This document shows positions 61,562-64,000 of a stretch of 64,000 bases of DNA, one piece after another. Position 1 is the stretch's first letter. Every line of letters starts with the position of its first letter. The position numbers and the translations under genes are program-made. Source of the DNA: Longimicrobiales bacterium. GTDB taxonomy: Bacteria; Gemmatimonadota; Gemmatimonadetes; Longimicrobiales; Gaopeijiaceae. Below the pieces are notes generated by a model. The model was not told where the DNA came from, made no database searches, and saw nothing but the letters and a program-made list of their open reading frames with translations. The stretch lies in the NCBI GenBank assembly GCA_965238005.1, contig OZ250165.1:3904001-3968000 (forward strand), read 5' to 3'.

Positions 61562-61674
61562 GGACTCCTCGTCGGCGATTCAAGTCGTACTCGGTGGACT
61601 CGGCGGGCAACCTAGCATCCTGTTGCCAATGTGTCTCGGCCAGTCGAGCTACCCTCGTCCCAGGCTTTGGTTCG

Positions 61675-61856
61675 AGTGTTCGGTTTCCGAAGTTCCCGAG
61701 CCACCGAGCGGGTCGGGGCGCCGTGGGATCAAGGCGGGACGACGCGGCGTAGCGCAAGCGGGCACCGCGCGAAGCGTGGTCGCAAGGAGTCCCAACGCTG
61801 AGCCCACGGATGCACCGTGCCCTCGACTGGCCGAGACACTTTGGTAACGAGACACT
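61675..61856. mobile_element. MITE family B, copy 2
   Basis: Same length and sequence family as 49446-49627; an extra inverted right end at 61612-61648. Confidence 0.85.
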
Positions 61857-62041
61857 GGTAGGAGCCCGGGTGCGACCGTGCGTGCTGGTTCACCGAAGCG
61901 GCCTCGTCCCACACCGTTCGTGTCGCCCCGCCGGTGTTGCGTGCCCGAGCGGTGGAAGGCGAAGCTAAAGAACCGGCCACAGCGGCGGAGGACCAAGGCA
62001 GCGAAGTGCGTGTGACCACACGTCAGCAGAGTGGGGCGACT

Positions 62042-62809
62042 ATGGGGAACGCAGATTCGAAGGGGAACGCAGATTCGAAGGTGGCGCTGGTGACAGGCGG
62101 TGCCCAACGCATCGGCGCCCAGCTGTGCCGAGCCCTCCACGAAGCCGGCTATGACGTTGCGCTGCAATACCGGAGCTCCGCCGACGCCGCCGGGGCTCTT
62201 GCCGCCGAGCTCAACGGTCTGAGGGATGGATCAGTGACGTGTTTCCACGCGACGCTGGGGGATCGTAGCGCCGCCGAAGAGTTGGCGGGCGAGGTCATCG
62301 ACCAATTCGGCGGCGTGAACCTGCTGGTCAACAATGCTTCGAGCTTCTACCCCACGCCCATCGGCAGCGTGCGCGAGGAGGACTGGAACTCGCTCGTCGG
62401 TAGCAACCTCAAGGGGCCGTTCTTTCTCAGCCAGGCGCTGGCGGATAGCCTCGGGCAAAATCGGGGAAGCATCGTCAATCTGATCGACATCTACGCTGAG
62501 AGGCCGCTGGCCGATCATTCCGTGTACAGCATGACCAAGGCCGGGCTAGCCATGTTGACCAAGTCCATGGCCCGAGATCTGGCGCCGGCGGTTCGCGTGA
62601 ACGGCATTTCCCCCGGGGTGATCCTGTGGCCCGAAAGCGATGCCGTGGAGGACAGCGAGGAGAGGAGGCGGCGCTTGCTGGAGCGGGTGCCGCTCGGGTC
62701 CCAAGGAGATCCTCGGGATATCGCGGAGGCGCTGCTGTTCCTAGCCGAGCGAGCCCCGTATGTCACGGGTCAGATCATCGCGGTCGACGGCGGTCGCAGC
62801 CTGACCTGA
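62042..62809 (+). CDS. Pteridine reductase (FolM/PTR1-like SDR)
   Basis: TGGAQRIG, NNASSFYPTP, YSMTK; 18-bp duplication near the start (GNADSK x2). Confidence 0.88.
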   Translation: MGNADSKGNADSKVALVTGGAQRIGAQLCRALHEAGYDVALQYRSSADAAGALAAELNGLRDGSVTCFHATLGDRSAAEELAGEVIDQFGGVNLLVNNASSFYPTPIGSVREEDWNSLVGSNLKGPFFLSQALADSLGQNRGSIVNLIDIYAERPLADHSVYSMTKAGLAMLTKSMARDLAPAVRVNGISPGVILWPESDAVEDSEERRRRLLERVPLGSQGDPRDIAEALLFLAERAPYVTGQIIAVDGGRSLT

Positions 62810-62905
62810 CTGGACTTGGTCGTGCCGCCCGGCAAGGGGCAGATGGGGACCCGAGTACCTCTAGTGCGTTGGCCCTTCTGAGGCTTCCCTCAGCGTACGT
62901 ATCTT

Positions 62906-63475
62906 TTGATTTGCCGGCGCTCAGGCGGGCGCTCGAGTCCAGGGACCGTGGATGCCGCTTTCCGGGCTGTGGACTCCGCTTCACATGCTCATCACGTGAG
63001 GCACTGGGCCGACGGCGGTGAGACGAAGCTGGACAACCTCGTGTTACTGTGCCGTTTCCATCACCGTTTGGTGCACGAGGACGGGTACACGGTGCACTTC
63101 CCCCGGCGCCCACGGCCGAATTCCCCGGACCGGGCGCCGTACTCCCTAGAGGGGCAGCCCAACTCTCCGGACCGGCGGCCGAACTTCCTAGAGGGGCAGC
63201 CGAACTCCCTAGGCCAGAGGCTCTACTTCGTCGACCCGAGGATGAGGCCGATCCCAGATGCTCCGCCCCCTCCGCCGCCACTTCCGAGCGAGCCGGTCGA
63301 GGCGCTCGTAGAGCAGAACCGACTCCGGGGTGTCGAGCCCGTCTACGGCACCTGCTCGGCTCGCTACAAGCGCCAGGACGACATCCCCTCGGCCGTCTTC
63401 GTGCGGGCGTTCGAGGCTCTGGAGAGTTCGTCCGAAGCTCCCGAGCCCGCCGTGATGGGCCCCGCGACCCCCTGA
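62906..63475 (+). pseudogene. HNH endonuclease remnant (DUF222-type C-terminus)
   Basis: LRRALESRDRGCRFPGC in one frame and HAHHVRHWADGGET.LDNLVLLCRFHH in another; 21-bp repeats near 63116-63220. Confidence 0.75.
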
Positions 63476-63482
63476 ACCCCAT

Positions 63483-64000
63483 TCAGCTCCCCGCTCTGGA
63501 GATCCACACACCGTCCCAGATAAAGTCTACGGGCCACAACTTCTGTTTTCCCTTGTCGAAGCGCCGCCACAGATCGGCGTAGCTGCGCTGCGCCGTGGGG
63601 TGAATCTCGGCACCGGCAACCTCCGCCAGAGGACACAAGATAAAGGCGCTTTCGGTGATCTCCTTCCGAGGGAGCGAGACGCCATCGACCAAGCCCGTCG
63701 CGTCGGCATAGGTCAGCAGGTCCAGGTCCAGCGTGCGAGGGCTGAACCGCGGAGTGTCGCGGTTTCGCCCCCGGTCGTCCTCGATCTTCCGCAAGGTTTC
63801 AGCCAGCTCACCGACCGTCTGCCCGGTATCCACCCCCACCACCAGGTTGTAGAAGGGGTCGCCCTCGAATCCTACCGATTCGCCCTCGAAGACGGAGGAC
63901 AAACGGAGCTTTCCGTAGGCGGCGGACAGGGCGTCCAGGGAGGCCGTCACGTTGCGCTCGCGATGGATATTGCTGCCTACGCTGATATACGCACGGGCCA
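63483..64000 (-). CDS. folK: HPPK (start just outside window)
   Basis: AYISVGSNI, FYNLV, PRTLDLDLL. Confidence 0.92.
   Translation of the reverse strand, partial: ARAYISVGSNIHRERNVTASLDALSAAYGKLRLSSVFEGESVGFEGDPFYNLVVGVDTGQTVGELAETLRKIEDDRGRNRDTPRFSPRTLDLDLLTYADATGLVDGVSLPRKEITESAFILCPLAEVAGAEIHPTAQRSYADLWRRFDKGKQKLWPVDFIWDGVWISRAGS

Overview
High-GC bacterial DNA; the housekeeping gene order suggests Gemmatimonadota (inference only). About 1-22 kb is accessory DNA centred on a minus-strand tRNA-Lys(CTT) at 20060-20133. A ~7 kb island lies between the tRNA and an exact 42-bp copy of its 3' half at 13090-13131. It has no integrase and carries two convergent nucleotidyltransferase-based defence modules. 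The first is CBASS-like: SMODS cyclase, SLATT 2TM effector, a second cyclase with an in-frame TAG, and a HEPN-motif protein. The second is Hailong-like (pentapeptide/ion-channel effector plus NTase), translationally coupled to two extra genes, a 114-aa unknown and a PD-(D/E)XK nuclease. Each module is bracketed by direct copies of a TGGGGTCCC-N3-TGGGGTCCC site. Beyond the att copy is a tyrosine integrase split by an IS3 element. On the other side of the tRNA are two integron attC sites with no intI in the window, then a serine resolvase. About 22-64 kb is mostly core metabolism with several broken genes, an IS1595 element carrying a methyltransferase-endonuclease passenger inserted in an ABC ATPase gene, two MITE families and a pterin/folate cluster. 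All calls come from reading motifs by eye; no searches were run.
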